Origin: Phyllobates terribilis
Taxonomy: Eukaryota
NCBI RefSeq assembly: GCF_046119375.1
Contig: NW_027362762.1
Span: 29,450,001-29,514,000 of the forward strand
DNA: 64,000 nucleotides
Reading direction: 5' to 3'
Shown here: one piece after another, positions 12,401-25,070 of the stretch
Layout of the letters: each line of letters opens with the position of its first letter
Position numbering within the stretch: position 1 is the stretch's first letter
Made by a program: the position numbers and the translations under genes
Notes under the pieces: model-generated
Databases searched by the model: none
Told to the model about the DNA's origin: nothing
Seen by the model: the letters and a program-made list of their open reading frames with translations, nothing else

Positions 12401-15297
12401 TCCCAACGCATGCAGCTTCCAGGACGCCACACACAGGAGGGGAAGACATCCGAAACGAGTATCTCCCAACGCATGCAGCTTCCAGGACGCCACACACACA
12501 GGAGGGGAAGACATCCCAAACGAGTATCTCCCAACGCACGCAGCTTCCAGGACGCCACACACACAGGAGGGGAAGACATCCGAAACGAGTATCTCCCAAC
12601 GTATGCAGCTTCCAGGACGCCACACACAGGAGGGGAAGACATCCGAAACGAGTATCTCCCAATGCACGCAGCTTCCAGGACGCCACGCACACAGGAGGGG
12701 AAGACATCCCAAACGAGTATCTCCCAACGCATGCAGCTTCCAGGACGCCACACACACAGGAGGGGAAGACATCCCAAACGAGTATCTCCCAACGCACGCA
12801 GCTTCCAGGACGCCACACACACAGGAGGGGAAGACATCTGAAACGAGTATCTCCCAACGCATGCAGCTTCCAGGACGCCACACACAGGAGGGGAAGACAT
12901 CCGAAACGAGTATCTCCCAATGCACGCAGCTTCCAGGACGCCACACACACAGGAGGGGAAGACATCCGAAACGAGTATCTCCCAACGCACGCAGCTTCCA
13001 GGACGCCACACACACAGGAGGGGAAGACATCCGAAACGAGTATCTCCCAACGCACGCAGCTTCCAGGACGCCACACACAGGAGGGGAAGACATCCAAAAC
13101 GAGTATCTCCCAACGCACGCAGCTTCCAGGACGCCACACACACAGGAGGGGAAGACATCCGAAACGAGTATCTCCCCACGCACGCAGCTTCCAGGACGCC
13201 ACACACACAGGAGGGGAAGACATCCGAAACAAGTATCTCCCAACGCACGCAGCTTCCAGGACGCCACACACAGGAGGGGAAGACATCCGAAACGAGTATC
13301 TCCCCACGCACGCAGCTTCCAGGACGCCACACACAGGAGGGGAAGACATCCGAAACGAGTATCTCCCAACGCACGCAGCTTCCAGGACACCACACACACA
13401 GGAGGGGAAGACATCCGAAACGAGTATCTCCCAACGCACGCAGCTTCCAGGACGCCACACACACAGGAGGGGAAGACATCCGAAACGAGTATCTCCCAAC
13501 GCACGCAGCTTCCAGGACGCCACACACACAGGAGGGGAAGACATCCGAAATGAGTATCTCCCAATGCACGCAGCTTCCAGGACGCCACACACACAGGAGG
13601 GGAAGATATCCGAAACGAGTATCTCCCAACGCACGCAGCTTCCAGGACGCCACACACACAGGAGGGGAAGACATCCGAAACGAGTATCTCCCAACGCACG
13701 CAGCTTCCAGGACGCCACACACACGAGGGGAAGACATCCGAAACGAGTATCTCCCAACGCACTCAGCTTCCAGGACGCCACACACACAGGAGGGGAAGAC
13801 ATCCGAAACGAGTATCTCCCAACGCACTCAGCTTCCAGGACGCCACACACACAGGAGGGGAAGACATCCGAAACGAGTATCTCCCAATGCACGCAGCTTC
13901 CAGGACGCCACACACAGGAGAGGAAGACATCCGAAACGAGTATCTCCCAACGCACGCAGCATCCAGGATGCCACACACAGGAGGGGAAGACATCCGAAAC
14001 GAGTATCTCCCAACGCACGCAGCTTCCAGGACGCCACACACAGGAGGGGAAGACATCCGAAACGAGTATCTCCCAACGCACGCAGCTTCCAGGACGCCAC
14101 ACACACAGGAGGGGAAGACATCCGAAACGAGTATCTCCCAACGCACGCAGCTTCCTGGACGCCACACACACAGGAGGGGAAGACATCCGAAACGAGTATC
14201 TCCCAACGCACGCAGCTTCCAGGACGCCACACACACAGGAGGGGAAGACATCCGAAACGAGTATCTCCCAATGCACGCAGCTTCCAGGACGCCACACACA
14301 CAGGATTTGAAGACATCCGAAACGAGTATCTCCCAACGCACTCAGCTTCCAGGACGCCACACACACAGGAGGGGAAGACATCCGAAACGAGTATCTCCCA
14401 ACGCACTCAGCTTCCAGGACGCCACACACACAGGAGGGGAAGACATCCGAAACGAGTATCTCCCAACGCACTCAGCTTCCAGGACGCCACACACACAGGA
14501 GGGGAAGACATCCGAAACGAGTATCTCCCAGCGCACGCAGCTTCCAGGACGCCACACACAGGAGGGGAAGACATCCAAAACGAGTTTCTCCCAACGCACG
14601 CAGCTTCCAGGACGCCACACACAGGAGGGGAAGACATCCGAAACGAGTATCTCCCAACGCACGCAGCTTCCAGGACGCCACACACACAGGAGGGGAAGAC
14701 ATCCGAAACGAGTATCTCCCAACGCACTCAGCTTCCAGGACGCCACACACACAGGAGGGGAAGACATCCGAAACGAGTATCTCCCAACGCACGCAGCTTC
14801 CAGGACGCCAGACACACAGGAGGGGAAGACATCCGAAACGAGTATCTCCCAACGCACGCAGCTTCAAGGACGCCACACACACAGGAGGGGAAGACATCCG
14901 AAACGAGTATCTCCCAACGCACGCAGCTTCCAGGACGCCAGACACACAGGAGGGGAAGACATCCGAAATGAGTATCTCCCAACGCACTCAGCTTCCAGGA
15001 CGCCACACACACAGGAAGGGAAGACATCCGAAACGAGTATCTCCCAACGCACGCAGCTTCCAGGACGCCACACACACAGGAGGGGAAGACATCCGAAACG
15101 AGTATCTCCCAACGCACGCAGCTTCCAGGACGCCACACACACAGGAGGGGAAGACATCCGAAACGAGTATCTCCCAACGCACTCAGCTTCCAGGACGCCA
15201 CACACACAGGAGGGGAAGACATCCGAAACGAGTATCTCCCAATGCACGCAGCTTCCAGGACGCCACACACACAGGAGGGGAAGACATCCGAAACGAG
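9492..15297. repeat. 65/63-bp tandem satellite, about 90 copies, with a 2.26-2.32 kb higher-order duplication
   Basis: Unit TATCTCCCAACGCACGCAGCTTCCAGGACGCCACACACACAGGAGGGGAAGACATCCGAAACGAG; the 63-bp variant lacks one CA; diagnostic variants recur at offsets 2322 and 2257. Confidence 0.97.
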
Positions 15298-15802
15298 ATC
15301 CTCCAGCGACCGCCACCAGATCCACATGGCACAAGACCCGCACAAAGGTAAGATAACTGAATAACCATAAATGGTTAAAATCAATAACAAAATAAAAAAT
15401 ATAAAATAAAAGAGGGTGCTTCACTAATTAAAGGGAATATTAGCATAAATATTATTGACATAAATATAATTAAGGTGAGAATAGAACAGGGAAAAGGAAA
15501 AGAAAAACAAGGAAAAGGGATGTCAGTAGATAATAGCAGTATTAAATTATGGACAGAAAGAATGGAGGGACAACCTATGCCAACTAATAAATATACATGT
15601 AAATCTAGAAAAGAATAAAAAATGCATAAATGATAATTAATAAGTATACGAGCCAAATTACCCATTATGATTCTCTATGGGTTTGTATTAGGCATTAAGA
15701 TGGAAATAGGCAAAGTAAGCCCATACATATTAACATAATATATATATAATGAATATAATGGTTCTAAATACAAATATAAATTATCGTTGGCATAAAGGTT
15801 GC

Positions 15803-16084
15803 TTATAAAAAGGCCCCAAACCCAAACTGCTCATTTAGTCCCTGCGGGGATAATGTACCAAGTCTAAAGATCCACCTACTCTCAAGCCTGGCCAAGGCCT
15901 GGCCCAAATCGCCACCCCTGATACCCAAATCAATCTGATCAATGGCTTTGATTCTTAGGCCCCTAGGGTCACTATTGTGACACAATTTGAAGTGTCTAGG
16001 GAGAGTACGAAGACCAAGTATCTCATCGCTCAAAGCAGATTTCTCTATGTCTAGAACGTGTTCCCGTGTTCTTACCTTCAACTC
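15803..16084 (-). pseudogene. Penelope GIY-YIG endonuclease C-terminus
   Basis: ELKVRTREH...LPRHF...IRGGD...LESRWIFRLGTLSPQGLNE motif typical of Penelope-like ORF ends; truncated upstream. Confidence 0.85.
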
Positions 16085-16409
16085 TATACACACTTTGTTC
16101 AGCAACTATAGCACTTTACTAAAAAGGCATGTGCAATATTAGTTACAGATGTAATATACTATTATTTTAAATAGGGTGTTGATTGAATTTTTTGTAATAG
16201 CCAAGAGGGATGTATGCTTGTTGTGGGCTGTTTTGAAGGCACCTGTTTTTTAACTTCTACTAGTATTTTTAAAAAATATTGAAATAAATTATTTATTTTA
16301 CGAGTCTTTTCTCTTTTTGCTTCCTTATAACCGTGGGTTTATAGCCAGAGGTTTTTGTGTTGATAAATTTTGATTGGAAGTAATAACCTTTTTGACCGTT
16401 CTGGGATAA

Positions 16410-17560
16410 TTAAATTAACATGCCTTGGATATCACAGTCATAGTCAAGAATTGTGGACAGCTATCCATGCTGAGTTTGAGCAATGGCTGTCTCCACTGAA
16501 CCTGGAGCCAGGGAAGGCCATGTGTGATAATGGTGCAAACATAGTGGTGGCCCTATGTCACGGCAACCTCATATGCATGCTTTGCATGGCTCGCATCCTC
16601 AACCTGGTGGTACAGCAATTTCTCCGCCACTATCCCTGTCTGGATGCGCTGCTGCAGAAACGATGGTCTCTGTGTGCTCACTTCCGCCATTCGCAAATCG
16701 CGGGTTATCTACTTAAGTCACTACAGAGATCTGCCGGCCTACCGGTTAACTGGTTGATATGCGATGTGCTGACATGGTGTAATTCAACTCTGCACATTTT
16801 GCAGCGACTGTGGCAGCAGCGACAATCCCTGACGCAGTATCTCATGTCATATAGCCTGGCCAGGACGGACATGATGCAAATCACACTTGCCGAGTGGACA
16901 CAGGTGAAGGACCTCTGCACCCTTCTACACATTTTTGAAATGGCTACTAAGATGGTTAGCGCTGACGATGCCGTCATCAGCATCACTATTTCAGTCATCT
17001 ACACACTTTGAATAGTCTGTGGGAAGAGGTCGTGGTGGTCCCAGGGGAAGAGGAGGAAGCAGAGGAGGATGCGGAACAGTTAACAATATCTCTAAGTTTT
17101 GGTCTGTTGTCTCATAGGCGGTTGCCATGTGAGGAACAAATGGAGAAGGACTAGAAGGAAGAGGTGATGGACGCGCAACAGTTAGGATATGAAGAGGATA
17201 ATGATTCCCTCTCTGTTGTCCGTGGTTGCCAGGAAGGTATAGAGGAAGCAAACTTGGGTGTTATCCCGCCACAAACACACTATGGACTTGGACCTCATGA
17301 AAGAGACCTTCTTGCAGCACTATCTGCAACATGATTGTTGCCCATATTGTTACGATTCTAAATAGTGCTGACCACTGGGTTGCCAGTCTGTTCGATCCAT
17401 GGTACAAAAGTACATTTTGCCAGTTGCTTATCCCCCCGGAAAGGGACGCGCCCACGCTGCAGTATCAAAACATGCTTGAAGACAATCTTGAGAGTGATTT
17501 TCCCCAAGACACACAATGTGCATCACAGTGATAGACTTACAACCCCGGGAACGTTGAATT
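16410..17560 (+). pseudogene. hAT transposase 1, C-terminal half
   Basis: CDNGANIVVAL, CMARILNLVVQ (CxxH degenerate), CNSTLHILQRL (WNST degenerate), FEMATKMVSADD; hATC dimerisation motif not seen. Confidence 0.85.
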
Positions 17561-17579
17561 GTCAACACAAAAACATTAG

Positions 17580-17810
17580 CAGCCTTTGCAGCACTGGGGT
17601 CCTGGGTTCCAACTCCACCAAGGACAGCATCTGCAAGGAGTTTGCATGTTCTCCCCTTGTTTGCGAGGGTTTCCTCGGGGGACTCATTTTTATTCCCACA
17701 CTCATACTGGTAGGAAATTTAGATTGTGAGACCGAATGGGAACAGTGCCACTAATGTCTGTAAAGCGCTGTGGAATTATTGGCTCTGTATAAGTGAGTAA
17801 AATAAATAAT
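17580..17810 (+). mobile_element. tRNA-derived SINE, 5'-truncated and diverged
   Basis: Aligns to 2600-2823 from GCAGCACTGGGGTCCTGGGTT to GTGAGTAAAATAAATAAT. Confidence 0.8.
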
Positions 17811-17989
17811 TTTTGGAAATGTTTTGTCTCCAAGTTAGGTCTCCTTCATTTGTGTCTCCTGAATTTGTCAAAGCTCTCAGAGCACCAGGCCTACACCTGT
17901 CACTCATCCACCAGTTACTGATCAAACTTTAAGCAAGAAATACTGCTCCAAGCCCTGTCCAATGCTTAAATGTGGCATGGTTTCAGGAC

Positions 17990-18950
17990 CATGCTATTAG
18001 CACAAAGAATTTATATTGTGAAATATGGACTCCTGGCTGGAGCACAATATTAGCACAAAATAATTGAAAGTTAATATGTGGCCTGCTTTATGTAGCACAG
18101 TACTAACAAAAAAAATTAGATTTTTTACTGTGGACGAGCGTTGGATACAGCACAAAAGAATTACAATCTTAGATGTGGCCTACTTTTTGGAGCACGGTAG
18201 TAACAGAACAAATTTATATTTTATCATGTGTACCCCTGTGTAGAGAACAATATCTGCACCAAAGAATTTAAAGATGAAATGAAGCCGGCTCTATCTACCA
18301 CGGTAGTAATAAAACCAATTTTGATTTTATCATGTGTACCCCTGTGTGGAGAACAATATCTGCACCAAACTGACATCCAGCATGCTGTATCGTGCTAGTA
18401 ACACAAGAAAGTCTTTTTTACTGTGAATGAGGCCTGTATAACATAGAAGATATGCTCCAAGAAATTTCAAACTGACATCTAGCCTGCTGTATCAAGTTAG
18501 TAACAGAAGTAACAAAGTATTTTTTTACTGTGTATGAAGCCTATATAGAATAGAATATATGCTCCAAGAAATTTTAAACTCAGATCTAGCTTGCTGTGTC
18601 ACGTTTGTCACAGAAAAAAATAGATTTTTTTACTCTGCAACAGCTCTGCATACAGCTGAATTTCACCACCACAAAATGACAAACTGAGACATGGCGTGCT
18701 GCATCATGCTAGGAACAGAAAAAAAATTTTTTTTTTACTCTGCATGAGCTGTGCATACAGCTGAATTTCATCGCCACAAAATGACAAGGTGGGCTATGGC
18801 ATGCTGCATCACGTTAGTCACAAAAAAAAATATTTTTTTACTCCGCATGAGCTCTGCAAACAGCTGAATTTCACTGCCACAAAATTACAAACTGAGATAT
18901 GGCGTGCTGCATCACGTTAGGAACAGAAAAAAATAGATTTTTAAAGGTGT
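17990..18950. repeat. Degenerate tandem repeats inside hAT 1
   Basis: Recurring TAGCACAAA, GTAACAGAA, TTTTTTTACTGTG and CAGCTGAATTTCA motifs at roughly 60-120 bp spacing. Confidence 0.6.
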
Positions 18951-19637
18951 AATAGTGCATGTAGCACAATAGAAGCAGTGCACAACATACTTCTATGAAA
19001 TGGGCCCTGCTGTCTTTGTGTGAACCTCAGTAATGGCACAATAAAAAAACAATCTGCTAGAAGGTCGATTTCTCAGCCACACAGGACACTAGCTACCTAA
19101 ACTATCTGACTTAGAAGCAACCACCTAGCTAACTAGATAAAATCTCTAATGAACCCAGGAGCAGACCAGAGGCAGCCTCTCTAATCTCTTATAGTTACAA
19201 AATGGCAATAAAAGAACATGGCCAGTCTTTATATAGAGAGGGACATGTGATTTCAGCTGCCAATGGCACAAGCCCTTGTATCTGGACATTGTGGATGGTT
19301 CCTGCGCCCTGATTGGCTAGCCGCAATTTACACACATAAAGTTAGGAAAAAAAAGATTAAAAGTATCTCTGAGCTCTCCCCAGCCCCTCCCCTCATCAAA
19401 CACGCACCCCCCCACTCATCATACACCACCACTACCCTAGTGAAAGTGAAAAAAATACTTTAGTGGCAACGCAATAATTTCCCGCACTTTTACTGAATGT
19501 TATCGATTTTTGCTAATTTTAAGAAAAAATGCTGGTGTTTCCGATCACAAATCCGAATGTGCAATATTCATGCCGAATTTGAAATTTGCGATAGTTTTTC
19601 GAATATATTCGCTCATCTCTAGTGTACAGTTACCAAG

Positions 19638-22600
19638 TAGTGATGAAAGAGCACTAAAATACTTGAGTACTCGTTGCTCGGGTCGAGTAAATTGGAATGC
19701 TCGAGTGCTCGGTCCAAGCCCAATGTAAGTCTATGGGAAACTCAAGCAATTTTCCGACCGCCCCTCCGGTAGCCTGCAGAGGGCCTAAAAATTGCCCAAA
19801 TTGATGGGAACAGTGCTCAAATGACAGGGGAACAGCATGGGGAAGACCCCTGGAAGCATTTCTGACTTCAAGGTCACTGCTGTCAACAATGTTGTCAGAG
19901 TATTACGCCACTTTTACGGACAATAAAACATACAAAAATGAAACCAAAATGGATTTTCCTGCGAAAAATGTTAAGGAACATCCTTTCCAGGGTAATGACT
20001 TGCATAAGGCAAAATAAATAACCAAAAACAACAATTGTCCTCCACACCTTGGGCAATGTTCACACGTAGAGTTTTTGATGCGTTTTTGCATTGCTTTCAA
20101 CGGTGAAAAATGCATTCACCAGGAAATGCCATTTTAACATTTTACAACCTTATCTGGCAATGTGGTGTGTGACACATCATCAGACATATCCTGTTTCATT
20201 TATGAAGGAGGGACTCTGAAAGTCACAAACACTATTTTTATAGGACCATCAGGCGGCCCTTACTGTTCTTAAAGGGCCAGCAGTCGGCTATGCTTTGTTG
20301 TTCCCATTATTAAGTAGTGGGTCTCCTATACTGTTATTGCGTATGCAGTGACTGCAAGGGCTGCCAAAAACCTGGACGCACTCCAATACCCCTTTGAAGA
20401 GACAGCTGCCAAAAATTTGGAGGAACTCCAATGTCTCTTGCAAGAGACGTAGAGGTCAGAGAGCCTCTTGAAAACAATGTTCCCATTATTAGGAAGTGGG
20501 TCTCCCTTACTGTTTGCCTATGCAGTGAATGCAACAGCTGGCAAAAGTTTGGTGGAACTCCAAAGTTCCTTGCAAGAGATGTAGAGGTCAGAGGGTCTCC
20601 TGAAAACAATGTTCCTATTATTTGGAAGTGGGTCTCCCATACTGTTTGCCTATGCAGTGAATACAACGGCAGCCAAAAATTTGGAGGAACTTCAATGCCC
20701 CTTGCAAGAGACGAATATATGGTGATATAGTAGATATTATGGTGATATGGTGGTGGAGGATGAGGATGAGGAAAAGGAGGAGGACAAGAGCAAATAGACA
20801 AAATCAGAAAGCCTATACCTCCAAGGCTTAGAGACCTAGTTCATGCCACGTGTTCAGCTTGGATACCCAATAATTATAAGGCACAGAGGAATCACGGAGG
20901 AAACTTTTCCCTCCTCGTGAGAATATCCCACGCCTCAGGGTCTGTGCGATGGAAGGGTCTGAGAAAACTGTCCCAGGACTTTGACTGTGTTCCCCTGCCT
21001 TGGCTGGATTGCATTTGTGTCTCTCTCGCCTGTACTCATTGGTTGTCCAACAGACTGTGACCTCTGCCGCCAGCTTCTTCAGATGGGAACTTTTTTGAAT
21101 AATTCCGCAACAAGGGCCTTCTCGTACTGTCTCATTTTATTAGGCCTGTCCAGCAAGGGAATAAGAGTCAAAAAGTTCTCCTTGTAGCATAGGTCTAGAA
21201 GTGTCACCATCCAGTAATGACTGTCACCCAAAATTTGGACAACGCGAGGGTCACGGAAACATAAACTCAGCCATGTGTGCCAGACTGCAAAGAGGCAAGA
21301 CTTCTGTGTTCTCACCAAGAGGATGACTGACCATGCTCTCCTCCTCTTCCTCCTCCTCCCTGTCCTCAGGACAGCCTCGCTGAATAGACGGTATGACAGT
21401 TCTACAAGTAGTACCGTCTATAGCGCAGGAAACTAGCTCCTGTTCTTCCTCCTCCTCTTCCTCATTGTCACCCAATCTACGTAGGGATCAGATGAGGCTG
21501 GGCTGTGTGGAATCACCCTGTATGGTTCCTTGCTCCATCTCATCATGCTCTGCCTGCAATGCATCCTCTTTAATTGTGAGCAGAGAGTGTTTGAGAAGAC
21601 AGAGAAGCAGGATGGTGATGCTAATTATGGCGGCATCATCGTCACTCACCATCTTGGTGGACTCCTCAAAGTTTTGGAGGATGGTACAGATGTCTGACAT
21701 CCATGTCCACTCCTGAGGTCTTATGAGTGGAGTCTGACCTGAATAATGACGGCCGTATTGATGCTGGTAGTCAACAACTGACCTCTTCTGCTCACAAATG
21801 TAGAGTTCCAGCACGTGGGGACATCGCACACCAGTCGGTGAGCTGGAAGCTGCAAACGCTGCTGAAGCAGGGCAAGGGCGGTGAAAGCTGTGGCTGACTT
21901 TCTAAAATGGGCACACACGCGGCGTACTTTGACAAGTAGATGTGACAGATCTTGGTAGGTTTTGAGAAATCGCTGAACCACAAGATTAAGCACATCGGCC
22001 AGGCATAGTACGTGTGTGAGTTCGCCTTGCTTCAGAGCCGCCATCAGGTTCCGGCCATTGTCACACATGACCATGCCTGGCTGTAAGTTCAGCGGTGTCA
22101 GACACAGATCTGCCTGCTCTTCCAGAGCTGTCCACAACTTTTCAGCGGTGTGCGGTTTGTCACCAAAGCATATTAGCTTCAGCACAGCCTGTTGCCGTTT
22201 GGCCAATGCAGTGCTGCAGTGCTTCCAGCTTCTGACTGATATGCTAATTTCGGAGATGGAGGCTGAAGAGGAGGAGAAGGAGGTGCAGGAGCTGTAGAAT
22301 ATGGGGGCAACCCTGATTGACACAGGGCCCGCAATCCTCAGCGTCGGGAGGAAGTGTTCCGTCCCAAGGTCCGACTGGGTCCCGGCTTCCACTATATTAA
22401 CCCAGTGTGCCGTCAGTGAGATGTACCATCCCTGCCCACAAACACTTGTCCACGTTTCCGTGGTTTGGTGGACTTTCCAGTAACTGCATTGTTGAGGGCA
22501 TGGCTACTGTTGTGGGACACGTGCTCGTGTAATGCGGGGATGGCAAACTGGGAGAAATAGTGGCGGCTGTGGACCGAGTACCGAGGGTCGGCCGCCGCCA

Positions 22601-24732
22601 TCAGGTTGCAGAAAGCTTCCATCTCCACGAGCCTAAAAGGCAACATTTTGAGCGCAAGCAGTCGCAAAATGTGTGAATATAGTAGTGTGGCCTGTGGGGC
22701 GTTGGCTGCATATTTGCGCTTGTGTTCCAAGGACTGGGCTAGGGACAACTGAACGCTGCGTTGGGACAAGGACGTGGATGTGATTGCTGATAGTGCTAGT
22801 TGAGAGTGTGAAACGACTCGTGCAGGGCGGGAGGCATCTTCGCATGCGCCATGGACAGGGGACTGCAGTGCACGCACAACAGCGGAAGAAGCAGTTGTGT
22901 CACCCACAGACACTGTTTCTGGACCCTGAGGTTTGACCCACTTAGTAGGGTGCTTTGCTGCTATGTGCCTGATCATGCTGGTGGTGGTCATGCTGCTAGT
23001 TTTGCCACCCCTCCTGATGCTGGCCTGGCAGGTGGTGCAAATGGCCTTTTTGGGGCTATCAGCAGAGTCTTTAAAAAACAACCAGACGCGGAAAGACCTA
23101 ACAGTTGTACTGGCAACTTCCGTCGTGCTGGTATTACGAGGAACGCTTTCCCACCTTGTGCTTGCGGCCACCACACTGCTTCTTCCTGCCTGTTCTGGTG
23201 CTACGCCTCCCTTCCCCTGTGTGCTGCTGTCCTCACTCTGCATGTCCCCCAGCCAGGTTGGGTCAGATACTATATCATCCACCACCTTGTCTTCCACTCC
23301 CTGGTCCTCCTCCTGACTTGCTGGCAATTGTGTCTCATCATCATCATCATCCACCTCTTGCTCATTGCACTATCCCACCTTTGCCTTCTTGTGACTGTGG
23401 CTGATCAAACATTTAGGCACCGCTGCACACATTCTCCACTTGACTTGCTTGAAGCTAGCGAGGTGAGAGGCTCGAATCTACAAATGGAAAAGTGAACTGC
23501 TCTTCTGAGTGTTCATGTGTGGGATCAGTTGTCTCCGGGCACTCCGCATGGTGGGAGAAAGGAGGGTCAGGGTGAGGAATATGCGGTCCAGACTCTCGGC
23601 TACTGAGACTTGACCATGTGGAAGACAACAACAATCAACAACCTTTTGACATTGCTCTGGGTTCAATAGTGATGTGCTGCGGTCCCCTAGCAATTGGAAC
23701 AGGAAGGTCGGGCGACAAGATGTGGGTGTTTGTTGTGGCACAATTTCAGCTTGCCCACAGCCTCGGCCTCTGCATGCACCATCACCATCACGTTCACTTC
23801 CCCGTCCCTTGCCATGCACCTTAAACATTTTAAATGGAGGACAATATTTTCTACATTCTCTAGAAATGGCTGATTTTGGAATGCTGTCATATGTGATACG
23901 TCTGACTAATATTGTTCTACACAGAGATCAAGTGTGAATAGCTTGACCGACACACTGCAACAGAATGGAAAAGTAGGCCAATATTTGCCACGTTCAGTTC
24001 AAATTTCTGGATTTTTGTCGCTGAAATATGGAACAGATCTGGCTGTTTTCTGCAGTGCTAACAAGCAAATGAAGCAGAAAAAAGTGTACTCTGGATTGCT
24101 TTTTAAGCAAATAACCAGGATTAAGATAAAAAAATAATTTCCCTGGCCCCTGATATCTGGGGCTGTGTCTACAAATATCTGTAAGAACAGCAGCAGCAGG
24201 AATGTGCTGTGGATCCCCTTGCACTATATGCACTGCTGTCTGCCACATTCACTGCCTGCCTAACTCCTGCTATCACCACTGAATATATGCAGCTGGATTA
24301 GTCCTCAGAAGGACTGTTAGTTCAGATGGATATATATATATATATACAGTATATTTATATATATATATATGTTGTGGAATACTTATACTAACTATAAAGA
24401 AGCAAATCTCTCCCTAGCTCAGCAGCAGCTCTCCCTAATGTGCCTGATTCCGTGGTAGGCTGTGACGAGCATGGCGGAGCCAGGTCTTATATACATCTGA
24501 TGATGCGGTGCAGCCAGCCAATCACTGTAATGCCACAACCAACATGGCTAAGGCTTTACAGTGCGTGGCAGGCAATCCCTGCATGTTCATTGGCCCTCTA
24601 AAGAGCGCCAAACATGCAGGGCGGAGACCCGAGCTCCCGCCAATCAACCCGGAAATACTCGCCGATCTTGTCGAGCACCGTGATGCTCGGGGGCGAGTAC
24701 CGGGGAGTGGTGAGCACGTTCGCTCATCACTA
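19638..24732 (-). mobile_element. hAT DNA transposon 2 (BED-finger transposase, inactive), 5.1 kb
   Basis: Ends TAGTGATGAAAG and CGCTCATCACTA (imperfect TIR); 8-bp TSD TTACCAAG (19630-19637, 24733-24740). Confidence 0.92.
20900..23828 (-). pseudogene. hAT transposase 2 with BED zinc finger
   Basis: VWLFFKDS...ICTTCQ...MIRHIAAKHP (BED finger), CDNGRNL, CLADVLNLVVQ, WNSTF, FEESTKMVSDDD in several frameshifted ORFs; lower boundary approximate. Confidence 0.88.
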
Positions 24733-24759
24733 TTACCAAGTGCTCATGGGTGCATGGAA

Positions 24760-25070
24760 GATGTGGAGGCAGATGAATATGAGGGACCAGACTCTGAGTA
24801 AAAGTTAGGAAGAGGGAGCAGGGAAGAGTTAGACTAGCATGGTGAGATGATAGCCCGCTCTAATGAGATGTGTTTTAGGGCACACTTAAAACTGTGGCTA
24901 CTGGGAGTAATCTGGATTGGATGCGGGGTAGTCCATTCCAGATAACTGGTGCTGCACAATACAATAACAGAATATACTCATACTTTGTCCATAAGGGTGG
25001 TGTATAGAGGAAAGCGAGGGGGGCCAAGGACTAAACCCTGAGGAACCCTGACAGTAAGAGGAGAGGGCCC
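24760..25070 (-). mobile_element. L2-like LINE fragments
   Basis: GGGCCAAGGACTAAACCCTGAGGAACCC matches the [10 protein letters not shown] region on the minus strand, as at 4660-4690; 3' UTR-like sequence to the left. Confidence 0.5.

Larger units (their letters stand above)
7571..16409 (-). mobile_element. Penelope-like element (5'-truncated, inverted terminal copy of its tail, carrying the 65-bp array)
   Basis: GIY-YIG C-terminus at 15803-16084; about 285-bp inverted repeats 7564-7849 and 16085-16370; TTAAATTAA duplicated at 7562-7570 and 16410-16418; the hAT frame rejoins across it (QAVF-KLTCLGYHSH). Confidence 0.8.
2961..19621 (+). mobile_element. hAT DNA transposon 1 (BED-finger transposase, inactive), 16.7 kb including nested insertions
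   Basis: Perfect 17-bp TIR TAGAGATGAGCGAATAT at both ends; 8-bp TSD GTGTACAG (2953-2960, 19622-19629); internal degraded transposase. Confidence 0.92.

Noticed and set aside
9492-15297. CRISPR-like regular array
   Set aside because: Units are head-to-tail with no unique spacers, there are no cas genes, and the context is eukaryotic.
9298-15424. ORFs of up to 1626 aa on both strands
   Set aside because: The consensus 65-bp unit has no stop codon in any frame, and 65/63-bp variants shift frame freely; there is no sign of frame conservation.
24330-24370. (TA)n microsatellite
   Set aside because: This is an ordinary interrupted dinucleotide run inside hAT 2.
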